This document shows, piece by piece, positions 30,901 to 39,787 of a stretch of DNA of 64,000 nt. The first letter of the stretch is position 1. The number at the start of each line of letters is the position of its first letter. The DNA comes from a virus, in IMG/VR virus record IMGVR_UViG_3300032242_003075, positions 1 through 64,000 of that record. One strand, given 5' to 3'. Below the pieces are notes generated by a model. It was given only the letters and a program-made list of their open reading frames with translations, ran no database searches and was not told the DNA's origin. Position numbers and translations under genes: made by a program.

Positions 30901-32209
30901 TTTAAGAAAAAGTCGTCTCAAAACCGCCTTAGCCTTCACGACATTAGCGGTCGCGACTCCGTCTCTCAAACTATTTGATCCAGCTGCTCCATGTTGTGAA
31001 ACCTCTCCAAACCTATTGGAAAACGCAATACCTCCTCAAGTCAAAGCCTCAATTGCAGTATTCACCGCTTTATTCGATGCATTCATTAATGGATTAACGA
31101 TAGACTCATTGCGATCAATCCTTGGCGAATCGGTTGGAACCGTTGGAATTTCCACAGTTTCGGTTATGTTCGATACGGTAGTTTCAATGTTTCCACCCAT
31201 TACGTTACCTGAAAAGCCTGACCTAGTTTCAATATCTCAAGCTTTATTAATTCCAATATTAACTGCGATTAGCATTCCACAGGCTCCAAATCCTTTGGGA
31301 GTTCCTTTACCCATACAGATAGCAATTCCGTTGGACTCAATCGTGAAACCTCTGCTCAAAGCTGCGATCGCTTATCTAATTGAGCTAATTTTAAGAATGC
31401 TAGCCGATTCGGCTAATTTATTAAAGTCAGATTCAATTAGCGGATCATCGGTTACCGTTCAGCAAATAGTTCAGCAAATTCCATGTGGAGGTTCACAAAC
31501 TGCTACAGTAACAACGACTAACGTGTCAAATACTGTCTCAATAACTTTACCTAATGGAGTTAAGGTTGACCTTAAGAAAGTTCCGACCATTCCGTTAGAC
31601 ATCATTCAGTACTTTAGCCTACTAACCTCAACCGATTTAGTAACCTTAATCCGGAACCTAGTACTGGTTTCTATCGATTCAATTCTAGTTCCTTTAAAAA
31701 CAATAATCGAGCCGATACTCTCCGTTGCAACCAGCTTGAAGGATTTATCGTACAACATAATCGAGGCCAGCAATCCTTTCATATCAACCATTAAATTGAT
31801 AAAAATGGCGATTGAATTACAGATCCCAAATTCATCAAAAATTCAAATTGCTAATTTCGATGCACTAAATGCGGTCAAAGCAGCCTATTTTCCTGTAATT
31901 GAGGCGACCGAGCCGGTGGTTTCTGAGATTGCATGGCTTGGTTCAATCGTTGCATGCGCAACTGGCCCAACTGGAATTACCTTAGCTAGAACTGCAGCAA
32001 ATCCATTTTTAAACCAGGATGATCTTCCTCCTTGGGAAAGGCTTACTCGTAAAAATCCACTGTTTGCCATCTTTTTAGATGAAATTGCATGGAGAAGTAG
32101 CCTAGTTTCGACCGGGTCTCTACTTTTTCAAACAAAAATGCCAGGGCTTTACCCAACCGCTTGGAGCCCAACCATTTTCTCAGATCCTGGAGCATTATAT
32201 CATAACTAA
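27980..32209 (+). CDS. Large hypothetical protein with coiled coils and Pro-rich hydrophobic segments
   Basis: 1409-aa ORF (TTG start); hydrophobic stretches such as LGTLITFLVMPVAVVGIPLPSIFMLYL. Confidence 0.75.
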   Translation: MPIQNFKQLINDIKCGKLASPIFTEADLAAIKACLPAPQDIPTSNPSITNPVITSCVNDGISEVQKIVRQQTNRQGFVIELATVKAKVQEALDHYSFILEYFKERLKFFNDTLTRVEPFTSQYLYFGAEVSKYDNLIKSQLAVLSNSGYDITALQSISDSLILKLSDDFSNSSNVLSNLTITSPVKQYLSLRKLKISADGSALIAKRGGASALAKKIESLTPLPELAIDAQAELAKICSSYSSQLNPIFTSLTNLVPSEIKPPNRTAAFGIRIIGLNGSTISVSHVDDHGKSTNSDKQINVLTNVNLTKNPFRKTSGEYCYGIDPMSKPLELSDYDKLVGALYNKTSSGYEGLYRKLAKPVQFLYSLEERGLTIDPSKTDPMLNGIKDAPVSIKIEDQTLFISNQSTYEKFYETLTSTLPTKIKIERAKNFPKEISTTLSKLRDFAQREVADQFRGITSIGSGLSDKLAYYKKAHDELVEKIADCNSQIDLLDTAINQNSMSPDSLAKDISVIPCFSSVFSSPQQIQNCEAETMKKLGTDPLLIRTLSGNDANLPDLNTPCYWREFCKELNKVSLLPVPDLTSPPFRYYPVNNIIPTPVGVVLVTLPQKWKPLFVLPSALGTLITFLVMPVAVVGIPLPSIFMLYLSPDGRKYMIFAPNLPVLYPSAIQYGYEFDSNAINPTGLSGPHKGLFTKGSLSSPLSISAASSKASRLTSIAADLALGNKSVIRSKDGTKIGEIDSTTYLDKYLSTSERAKNSADFDPAKDFDKTLTKFRKNVNRQFDKLGEMQITAVSKLKDKTRSARHTGVMDAENEKDSKNRRNLKNAARKIDPIELGSKIDSILSDVNSYIDKIKLGTIYFPEDPTKMNPKLPGSISGLISTLEHASVGGMMKPSDSTNLLKKIKRSAASIDPNKLPGKKTFNLINPEDFKDFKKALSDYSSKALKYLSGEESPADDIDPNLPEKDQAKIKKAATLRKSRLKTALAFTTLAVATPSLKLFDPAAPCCETSPNLLENAIPPQVKASIAVFTALFDAFINGLTIDSLRSILGESVGTVGISTVSVMFDTVVSMFPPITLPEKPDLVSISQALLIPILTAISIPQAPNPLGVPLPIQIAIPLDSIVKPLLKAAIAYLIELILRMLADSANLLKSDSISGSSVTVQQIVQQIPCGGSQTATVTTTNVSNTVSITLPNGVKVDLKKVPTIPLDIIQYFSLLTSTDLVTLIRNLVLVSIDSILVPLKTIIEPILSVATSLKDLSYNIIEASNPFISTIKLIKMAIELQIPNSSKIQIANFDALNAVKAAYFPVIEATEPVVSEIAWLGSIVACATGPTGITLARTAANPFLNQDDLPPWERLTRKNPLFAIFLDEIAWRSSLVSTGSLLFQTKMPGLYPTAWSPTIFSDPGALYHN

Positions 32210-32213
32210 ATAA

Positions 32214-32240
32214 AAACTCTAATCAACTTCGGTGTATAAT
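32214..32240 (+). promoter_or_regulatory. Early/middle promoter for the S1-like gene
   Basis: AAAC-N16-GTATAAT. Confidence 0.65.
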
Positions 32241-32264
32241 TAGTTAGTCACTTAAATTAAAAAC

Positions 32265-33455
32265 ATGACCAACGAACTTAATAACTCTGAAGAGATCACA
32301 AACCTCGAACATTTATTCAATCAAGGAAATAAGCGCCTAAATTCCAAGCTTAAATTAACTAGCGCTGATAAAAAAGCCGGTTTAAAAGTCTTTTGTACTG
32401 AACCTTACGCTCAAGACATGTACGACAAGTACTACTCAACAATGAGCTCATCATCCCCAGTCGCAAGCAAGGACTTTCAAATTGGGCAGATATGCAAGGT
32501 AACGGTAAAAGGAATAAACTTTGACACCAAAATGATCGAAGTTCAGGATAACCTATCCCTATCCACCATTTTTGTTCCGTTTCGTGAATTTAGCGAAGAA
32601 CCTGCTCTACTTATAAATAGTGAAGCTAACCAATCGTTTAAGGTCATGATTTATAAAACGGACGGTGGCGAATTCTTAGGTTCCGAGAGACGTTGCATTG
32701 CAATATCATATCGTGAAGATCTTGAAGAGTTCATGAAGACTGATAAGTGGTTCTACGTTAAAGTAATTAGCCTAGTTAAGGGCGGATACTTAGCGCTATA
32801 CAAAGGCACAGTGAACTGCTTTTTACCTGGCTCTCATGCAGCAGCCAATGTCATTAGAGATTTTAATGAATACCTAAATAAGGAGATCCCGGTCATGATT
32901 GAGAACTTTGATTCTGTGAATAACTTGTTCATAGTTTCATATAAGAAGTACATCAAACAAACTCTACCTCAAAGAGTCCATGAACTTAAATTTGGTGAAA
33001 AATATACAGGTACTTTAACCAATAATCCATACGAATTTGGAATGTTCATTGAATTCCAAAATTATTTCACAGGTTTACTCCATAAGACCGAGCTGTCTAA
33101 TTACTCCGAAATGACTAGATCATACAGAGTTGGTAGTTCAATAGATTTCTACATCAAGGACATCGTAATGAAGAAGGGCGAACCTAGGATCATCCTAACC
33201 GACTCTTATGATAAGATCAGCGATGAGACTCTTGCTTGGCAAGATTTAAAAAATCGAATAGACGGTAAAACTTTAGATTACACCTTAGACAAGAGAGATT
33301 TTAACCTTGAGGTTGAGCTTCCGGATAATGGATCAATTTTCAGAACGGACGTAAATCACCTAAAAGGCAGAAGTAGAATTGCTGACTCCGGTAAAATAAA
33401 AATTCAAAGAGTTGACATGATTCGTAGACAATTAAAGTTTGAATTTGTTAACTAA
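32265..33455 (+). CDS. Ribosomal protein S1-like multi-S1-domain protein
   Basis: Tandem S1/OB repeats: VKVISLVKGGYLA...CFLPGSH...IPVMIENFD...IVSYKK and LKFGEKYTGTL...FGMFIEF...TGLLHKTELS. Confidence 0.8.
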   Translation: MTNELNNSEEITNLEHLFNQGNKRLNSKLKLTSADKKAGLKVFCTEPYAQDMYDKYYSTMSSSSPVASKDFQIGQICKVTVKGINFDTKMIEVQDNLSLSTIFVPFREFSEEPALLINSEANQSFKVMIYKTDGGEFLGSERRCIAISYREDLEEFMKTDKWFYVKVISLVKGGYLALYKGTVNCFLPGSHAAANVIRDFNEYLNKEIPVMIENFDSVNNLFIVSYKKYIKQTLPQRVHELKFGEKYTGTLTNNPYEFGMFIEFQNYFTGLLHKTELSNYSEMTRSYRVGSSIDFYIKDIVMKKGEPRIILTDSYDKISDETLAWQDLKNRIDGKTLDYTLDKRDFNLEVELPDNGSIFRTDVNHLKGRSRIADSGKIKIQRVDMIRRQLKFEFVN

Positions 33456-33656
33456 TTAACGACTTCTTAATAGCCTGGAGATAAATAATACAGATGAAAT
33501 GCTCTAACTTTAGATCAACTTTTTCTAGCAGTTCGCTGTACATTCGGTTAACAATTAGCAGTGTAATCACTCATCCATTAACCTTAAACGCAACTCCAAT
33601 TATTGAGAATTTCATCAACCTTTATAAAGACTTAAATTTTATAAGAACTTAAACGA

Positions 33657-33685
33657 CGCTACCCTAGTCAATAACTAGGGTAGCG
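33657..33685 (+). terminator. Perfect 12-bp hairpin upstream of nrdJ (terminator/attenuator-like)
   Basis: cgctaccctagt-caata-actagggtagcg followed by ctgtctttgttt. Confidence 0.6.
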
Positions 33686-33719
33686 CTGTCTTTGTTTAAC
33701 TGATTCACAAAATAACAAA

Positions 33720-36305
33720 ATGAAACACAGAATGATAGATAATGAATTATCTAAAAAAGACCCTTTGTCGAAAACCGTATACACCAGAGAAGAAGCTGAA
33801 ATTGCTTCATTGGCTTACTTTAACGGAGACGAGCTAGCTGCAAACGTTTGGATAAACAAATACGCGTTAAAGGATTCATCCGGCAACCTTTATGAAAGTA
33901 ATCCGGAGATGATGCATCATAGAATTGCATCTGAGCTTGCAAGAATTGAAAACAACTATAAAAATCCATTAAGCGAAGATTACATTTTTTCCCTATTGGA
34001 TAAGTTTAAGTACATCATTCCGCAAGGTTCTCCAATGTCCGGCATAGGTAATGATTTTCAAACAGTTTCTCTCTCTAACTGTTTCGTGATCGGAGTTAAT
34101 GGGCCGTCCGATTCCTATGGAGCTATCATGAAAACTGATCAAGAACAGGTCCAGCTAATGAAACGCCGTGGCGGAGTAGGTCATGATCTATCAGACATTC
34201 GCCCATCCGGTTCCACCGTTAATAATTCAGCCTTAACCTCAACCGGCATAGTTCCATTTATGGAACGCTACTCAAATTCAACCCGTGAAGTAGCTCAAGG
34301 TGGTCGACGTGGAGCTCTAATGCTTTCATGTTCGGTTAGACACCCCGAAATTGAAGCTTTCGTTAACGCAAAATTGGACAGCACCAAAGTTACCGGAGCT
34401 AACATTTCAATTAAGATCCATGATGATTTTATGAATGCTGTTAAGTCAGGTACTCAGTACACTCAAAAGTACCCAATTTGGTCAGAGACCCCAAGCATAA
34501 CTCAACAAATAGACCCAAAATTTTTATGGGACAAGATCATTCATAATGCCTGGAAATCAGCTGAACCTGGAATTTTATACTGGGATCAGATTATCAGAGA
34601 ATCGTTCGCTGATCGATACGCTGACTTAGGTTACAGAACTGTGTCGACAAATCCTTGTGGAGAACTTCCTTTGTGTCCTGATGATTCTTGTAGGCTTTTA
34701 GCCGTTAACTTATTATCTTATGTCGTTAACCCTTTCACCAAGGATGCATATTTTGATTTTAATCTATTTAAAGAACACGCTCAAGTAGCTCTTCGCCTAA
34801 TGGATGACATCATTGACCTTGAAATTGAAAAAATTAGTTCAATCATTAGTAAAATTCAAAGTGATCCTGAATCGGATGAGGTTAAACGAACCGAGCTTGA
34901 GTTATGGCAAAGAATTCAGGCCAAGTGTAAAGACGGCCGCCGAACTGGTGCAGGTATCACTGCCGAGGGAGACATGCTAGCCGCCTTAAATTTACGGTAC
35001 GGTACTCCAGAAGCTACAGAATTCGCAGTTAAGGTTCATAAAACCTATGCATTAGAGGTATTTCGCTCATCTAATATTTTAGCAAGGGAACGAGGTGCAT
35101 TTAAAATATGGGACCCAACTAGAGAAGAAGGTCATCCATTTTTAGCTAGAATTAAACAATGCGACGAATCTTTATACGAAGATTTAATGAAATACGGTAG
35201 ACGAAACATAGCTCTTCTAACCATTGCACCGACTGGTACAGTTTCATTAATGTCCCAAACCACATCAGGCATTGAACCAGCTTTCATGGTATCATATAAG
35301 CGCAGAAAGAAAATCAATCCAAACGATAAGAATTCTAAAACAGATTTCATCGATTCAGTTGGAGATCATTGGGAAGAGTATCACGTATTTCATCATGGAT
35401 TTAAAAAATGGATTATGGCAAAAGGTCATAAATTCATTCCTGCTGGGGAACCTGTACATCTTGACAAATTGTCTGACTCCACCATTGAAATGCTCATCGA
35501 AAAATCTCCTTACTACAAAGCCATGGCTAACGACGTTGATTGGGTGGAAAAGGTTAGAATGCAAGGTAAAATACAGCAATGGGTGGATCATTCAATCTCA
35601 GTAACTGTTAACCTTCCCGAACATGTGACCGAGGAACTTGTTAATCAGGTGTACATGACCGCATGGGAAGAGGGCTGTAAGGGTTGCACAATATACCGTG
35701 ATGGTTCCAGATCGGGAGTCTTGGTTTCCAAGGATGAAAAAAAGAAAAATGAACTTTTTAAAGATTCGCAAGCCCCAAAGAGACCAATTGAGCTGGAATG
35801 TTCGGTTACTAAATTCATGAACAGCGGAGAACGTTGGGTCGGATTCATTGGTCTACTTAACGGAAAACCTTATGAAATTTTTACCGGCAATCATGAGAAT
35901 TTTCCCATACCAAATTATGTCGATACAGCAAAGATAGTTAGGTCTAAAAAGGACGGACAATCATCGTATGACGTTGTCTACACTGATAAACTTGGTGAAT
36001 CAATTAAAATTCCGAACTTAAATCATGCATTTGACGCTAAGTACCATGACATGGCAAAAACAATTTCAGCCGTGCTACGCCACGGAATGCCATTACCATA
36101 CGTCATCGAACTTTTAGATTCGTTGAATTTAGACGGTGATCTTATTACTACTTGGAAAGCCGGAGTTAAGCGAATGCTTAAAAAATTCGTTAAGGACGGA
36201 ACGACTATTTCCGGTAAAACCTGTAAGACGTGTGGATCCGATTCTCTTGTTTACACCGAAGGTTGTTTAACTTGCAAGAACTGTGGAGATTCAAAGTGCG
36301 GATAA
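33720..36305 (+). CDS. nrdJ: Class II (adenosylcobalamin-dependent) ribonucleotide reductase
   Basis: SLSNCFV, GGRRGALM, TNPCGELPLC, TIAPTGT, TSGIEP, KGCTIYRDGSR; C-terminal CxxC...EGCLTCKNCG zinc ribbon. Confidence 0.92.
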   Translation: MKHRMIDNELSKKDPLSKTVYTREEAEIASLAYFNGDELAANVWINKYALKDSSGNLYESNPEMMHHRIASELARIENNYKNPLSEDYIFSLLDKFKYIIPQGSPMSGIGNDFQTVSLSNCFVIGVNGPSDSYGAIMKTDQEQVQLMKRRGGVGHDLSDIRPSGSTVNNSALTSTGIVPFMERYSNSTREVAQGGRRGALMLSCSVRHPEIEAFVNAKLDSTKVTGANISIKIHDDFMNAVKSGTQYTQKYPIWSETPSITQQIDPKFLWDKIIHNAWKSAEPGILYWDQIIRESFADRYADLGYRTVSTNPCGELPLCPDDSCRLLAVNLLSYVVNPFTKDAYFDFNLFKEHAQVALRLMDDIIDLEIEKISSIISKIQSDPESDEVKRTELELWQRIQAKCKDGRRTGAGITAEGDMLAALNLRYGTPEATEFAVKVHKTYALEVFRSSNILARERGAFKIWDPTREEGHPFLARIKQCDESLYEDLMKYGRRNIALLTIAPTGTVSLMSQTTSGIEPAFMVSYKRRKKINPNDKNSKTDFIDSVGDHWEEYHVFHHGFKKWIMAKGHKFIPAGEPVHLDKLSDSTIEMLIEKSPYYKAMANDVDWVEKVRMQGKIQQWVDHSISVTVNLPEHVTEELVNQVYMTAWEEGCKGCTIYRDGSRSGVLVSKDEKKKNELFKDSQAPKRPIELECSVTKFMNSGERWVGFIGLLNGKPYEIFTGNHENFPIPNYVDTAKIVRSKKDGQSSYDVVYTDKLGESIKIPNLNHAFDAKYHDMAKTISAVLRHGMPLPYVIELLDSLNLDGDLITTWKAGVKRMLKKFVKDGTTISGKTCKTCGSDSLVYTEGCLTCKNCGDSKCG

Positions 36306-36349
36306 CTAAAGATACGACAGTCAAACAATAAAACTTTTGTTTTAGGATT

Positions 36350-36373
36350 AGGAGGCTCCGGCCTCCTTTTTTT
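36350..36373 (+). terminator. Rho-independent terminator after nrdJ
   Basis: aggaggc-tccg-gcctcct followed by a T tract. Confidence 0.85.
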
Positions 36374-36405
36374 GTATAAATAACCGTAACCTTGATAATA
36401 AATAC

Positions 36406-36933
36406 ATGAAAATTCTAAAATTTGAAGAATATAGATTAGTCCTAGAGGCAGAGATTGACGCTACACCTGAACCTGTCGAGCCGTTACCTCAAACTTCCCC
36501 AACTCAACCTTCTCAGCCCAGCCCATCTCCTTTACCGGACTTCGGTGAACCATCAACCTTACCGCCAGATCCAAATGCACCCGTCGTTAATAATGCACCC
36601 GTTAACATTAAGCTGGTGATGTTGGACCCAGACCGTAAGTGGCATACGTCCTACACCGATGGAGGAGGAGTCAAACGTTATCCGGAGTATGAGATCGTGC
36701 CCGCTGACCTTGAAAAATGGATAACTGATTCAAACTTAACCGCTCAGCGAGATGCAATTATGCAAGCTATTCAGGGTAAAAAATCTATGGACAAAGAGAT
36801 TTTTACTAAGTTTAAGTCAGCCTTAGCCACCTCAAAGTTAGGTAAGAATCGAGGTGACCTTGACATTCAATACGATCCAAATAAGGAACCGTCAACCACC
36901 AATCTTGACATTATTTTCGTTAAGCCAGTCTGA
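36406..36933 (+). CDS. Late protein with capsid-targeting-like leader and Pro-rich linker (putative head-internal protein)
   Basis: TATAAATA at 36375-36382; N-terminus MKILKFEEYRLVLE. Confidence 0.6.
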   Translation: MKILKFEEYRLVLEAEIDATPEPVEPLPQTSPTQPSQPSPSPLPDFGEPSTLPPDPNAPVVNNAPVNIKLVMLDPDRKWHTSYTDGGGVKRYPEYEIVPADLEKWITDSNLTAQRDAIMQAIQGKKSMDKEIFTKFKSALATSKLGKNRGDLDIQYDPNKEPSTTNLDIIFVKPV

Positions 36934-37005
36934 TTTATTTTCCATTTTTTAAAAACCGAATGATGCAGTTTAGTAAAAGATTTTAACTAAAAAATCATTT
37001 GAACA

Positions 37006-38046
37006 ATGGAAGATCTATTTAACCTTAATCTAGACGATTTCTCCGGTAAATCGCAAAGCACTGCACGTAAAATTGACGAAAACATGTACAACCCCGGGCC
37101 GGACCAAGGACAAAATGGAATTTACAAATCTATAGTCCGTTTCATTCCGTGGGCACAAGACACTTCAAAAAGTCGTTACAAAAAGTACGCGGCTAAGCTA
37201 ACTAATCCTTTAACCAACGAAAGACTGTACGTTGATTGTCCTTCAACCACAGGATCATCATCGATTTTATGGTCCCTTGACCTTGAATTAAAAAGGTTAT
37301 CAACTGAGGAACCTGCAATAGTTGAAGAAATCAAAAAATACTTTAACAGGTACTACAACTACTACTCTTGCGTTTACATCAAAAAGGACCCACAATTTCC
37401 TAATTTAGAGGGACAAATCAAAGTGTACTCGTATGGATACACAATTGATAATTTAATCCAACAGGAGATCAATCCTGAATCGGAGCTTGTCGTAACTCAA
37501 AAGATAAATCCGTTCTCTCTTACTGAGGGTAAGGATTTCGTATTAGTCATTAAACGTAAGACTAAATCATGGAGAGATTTTAGCTCAAGTAAATTCATGA
37601 ACGAGGTTAGTCCACTAATCATTTCAACTCAAGGTAAAGAAATAGCTGCTTCAACCGAACCTAAGGTAATGGGATTCATCGGCGACTACCTTAAAAAGAA
37701 TTCTCCTGATATGAGCCCGTACTTCTTTAAGGAATGGACAGATCACGAATACGAAAAGGTTGCGGATTACATTAAAGCGATCATACCTTACAAACAGATC
37801 ATCGATAACCTAGTTTCAACGACCAAGGATGAACGTATGAAGAAACATTTTACTAACACTAAATCGATTTCTCGTACCGAAGCCCCAATGGGAGAAGCTA
37901 TGGAATTCTCTGCAGCTCCGACCAAAAGTTCAAGCGTTTCGGTTAGCTTAGATGATTTAGACATTGCTGAACCTAAGTCATCATCAGTTAAACCTAGCTC
38001 ACCCGCTAAGTATGCTGAGGTAGATGATCTTTTTGCAGATTTATAA
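37006..38046 (+). CDS. gp32: Single-stranded DNA-binding protein (gp32-like)
   Basis: IVRFIP, YIKKDPQFPNLEGQIKVYSYG, INPFSLTEGKDFVLVIK, acidic tail EVDDLFADL; promoter AAAC-N16-GTAAAAG at 36953-36979. Confidence 0.8.
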   Translation: MEDLFNLNLDDFSGKSQSTARKIDENMYNPGPDQGQNGIYKSIVRFIPWAQDTSKSRYKKYAAKLTNPLTNERLYVDCPSTTGSSSILWSLDLELKRLSTEEPAIVEEIKKYFNRYYNYYSCVYIKKDPQFPNLEGQIKVYSYGYTIDNLIQQEINPESELVVTQKINPFSLTEGKDFVLVIKRKTKSWRDFSSSKFMNEVSPLIISTQGKEIAASTEPKVMGFIGDYLKKNSPDMSPYFFKEWTDHEYEKVADYIKAIIPYKQIIDNLVSTTKDERMKKHFTNTKSISRTEAPMGEAMEFSAAPTKSSSVSVSLDDLDIAEPKSSSVKPSSPAKYAEVDDLFADL

Positions 38047-38062
38047 AAATACCTAACCTAAT

Positions 38063-38335
38063 ATGTCTGATCAAATCAACACAACTGAACCTACAGCTGA
38101 GTCTGCTCCAATAGCAACTCTACTTTCCTCAATTAGTTACTCAAATCTAACAGACTACGAGAATTTTCTAGCTAATTTAACAACCGAGCATGCAGTCCTA
38201 GTTTTAATTTCTGCAGCTAATCACAGTCAATCTAAGGGTATATTTAACCTTGACGAAGCTGAACTCATAGCTAAAGCCATTAAAAGACTTAGCTCAAAAC
38301 CGGATGACCAATCACCACAAGAACCAACCAATTAA
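38063..38335 (+). CDS. Hypothetical protein
   Basis: 90-aa ORF in the replication operon. Confidence 0.7.
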   Translation: MSDQINTTEPTAESAPIATLLSSISYSNLTDYENFLANLTTEHAVLVLISAANHSQSKGIFNLDEAELIAKAIKRLSSKPDDQSPQEPTN

Positions 38336-38345
38336 CTAAAAATAA

Positions 38346-39455
38346 ATGAACTTAATCATCGATGGAAATGCATTTTTAAATGTAGCTGTAAGTATCGTCA
38401 AAAACATTCTTCTAAATGATAAACGAGTTGGTGAAAAGTACTACGTGTCCGACATTCTAGAAGATGATAAGTTCATGTTAAAACAGGCTAGCAAAGATGC
38501 GTTCAGAAGTTTTTCAATAAATTATTTTGGAAGCATTCTTGCGCCCTTTAAGGATAATATCAGCTCAGTCTTTTTCGTATTTGACTCTAAGAGTTGGAGA
38601 AAGAAATACATTAAAGAGCATTTTGAAGCACATGGTGAAGGAGACTTTAGTTACAAGGGACAGCGTAAGTACGATGATAAAATCTATCTCTTTTTCGAGT
38701 ACTTTCAAAATGAGATACTAAACGGCATAGCTGAAGAATACGGAGTAGTCGTTAACCGAGTGCCTGGAGCTGAGGGAGACGATCTAATTGCTTACATTTG
38801 TGAAAATCTAAATGAAGACATTTGCATTTGGTCAGTTGATAAGGATCTTACTCAATTGCTAGAAAGCGATAAACGTAAGATCATCTTAATCATGCCAAAG
38901 CAGATGACCAAGTACAAAAAGATCTATACAACTGAAGATTTTGATATGACAGAAACATCAAACGTTGATCTATTTAACTTTGATATTTCAATGATCGATA
39001 ATTCCGCTGTTACTACCATCGTACATGATTTAACCCAAAAGGATTATAAGCATTTCACAGTTGATCCAACCCTTGACGTTGTGACAAAATTCTTAGCCGG
39101 TGATGATTCGGATAATATCCCAAGAATTCATCCAAAGATGACAGCTTCTAAAGTTGCTAGAGTAATCGAGCAAGTTAAGAATTCCAACGATTGGAAATCA
39201 ATACTTTCTAGAATTGACTCAGGTGATTCTAAGTTCATTGATCAATTACGTGATATAACATGTGAAATTCTAAAAATAAAGGAACCTGGTGAATCTCAAA
39301 CGATCCAGAATAACCTTAACCGCAATCGAACGCTAGTTAGACTAAATACAAAGGTTTTTCCTTCAGAAATTAGGGAATCTTTAATCGCAAACGTTGATCT
39401 AACTGTTCGAAGAAAGTTTAACTACTCTAAATTTAAAAAAAATTACAAACACTAA
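38346..39455 (+). CDS. rnh: RNase H / 5'-3' flap exonuclease (T4 rnh-like)
   Basis: LIIDGN, VFDSKSWR, YKGQR, EGDDLI, SVDKDLTQL, GDDSDNIP. Confidence 0.88.
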   Translation: MNLIIDGNAFLNVAVSIVKNILLNDKRVGEKYYVSDILEDDKFMLKQASKDAFRSFSINYFGSILAPFKDNISSVFFVFDSKSWRKKYIKEHFEAHGEGDFSYKGQRKYDDKIYLFFEYFQNEILNGIAEEYGVVVNRVPGAEGDDLIAYICENLNEDICIWSVDKDLTQLLESDKRKIILIMPKQMTKYKKIYTTEDFDMTETSNVDLFNFDISMIDNSAVTTIVHDLTQKDYKHFTVDPTLDVVTKFLAGDDSDNIPRIHPKMTASKVARVIEQVKNSNDWKSILSRIDSGDSKFIDQLRDITCEILKIKEPGESQTIQNNLNRNRTLVRLNTKVFPSEIRESLIANVDLTVRRKFNYSKFKKNYKH

Positions 39456-39787
39456 TGAGCACCGAAATACAAACCGGCTTTTTGCCACTATTCGAAAGAG
39501 TCCTAGTTCTACCGGATTCAGTTGAGACTAAAACTGAGACAGGAATCATTTTGCCGCCTGAGGCTCGAAAGAGACCTAACACCGGGACCGTAATTTCACT
39601 AGGTCATTTGGTTGCAACTAATTCAGGTTGCCCAGTAAAGGAAGGCAATCGCGTCCTCTATCAAAGATACTCCGGACTGGACGTTAAATGGGACAATAAA
39701 GATTATCATTTAATAATGGCTAACGATCTATTAGCAATTATTGATAAGGATCAAGAAACAACACTTGAGCTAAAGGAAAATGTTTAA
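39455..39787 (+). CDS. groS: Co-chaperonin GroES
   Basis: PLFERVLV, ETKTETGIILP mobile loop, GTVISLG, VKEGNRVLYQRYSG, DLLAII. Confidence 0.92.
   Translation: MSTEIQTGFLPLFERVLVLPDSVETKTETGIILPPEARKRPNTGTVISLGHLVATNSGCPVKEGNRVLYQRYSGLDVKWDNKDYHLIMANDLLAIIDKDQETTLELKENV

Noticed and set aside
33456-33719. Cobalamin riboswitch upstream of nrdJ
   Set aside because: No recognisable GGGAA or B12-box consensus; kept only as an unclassified structured-RNA candidate.
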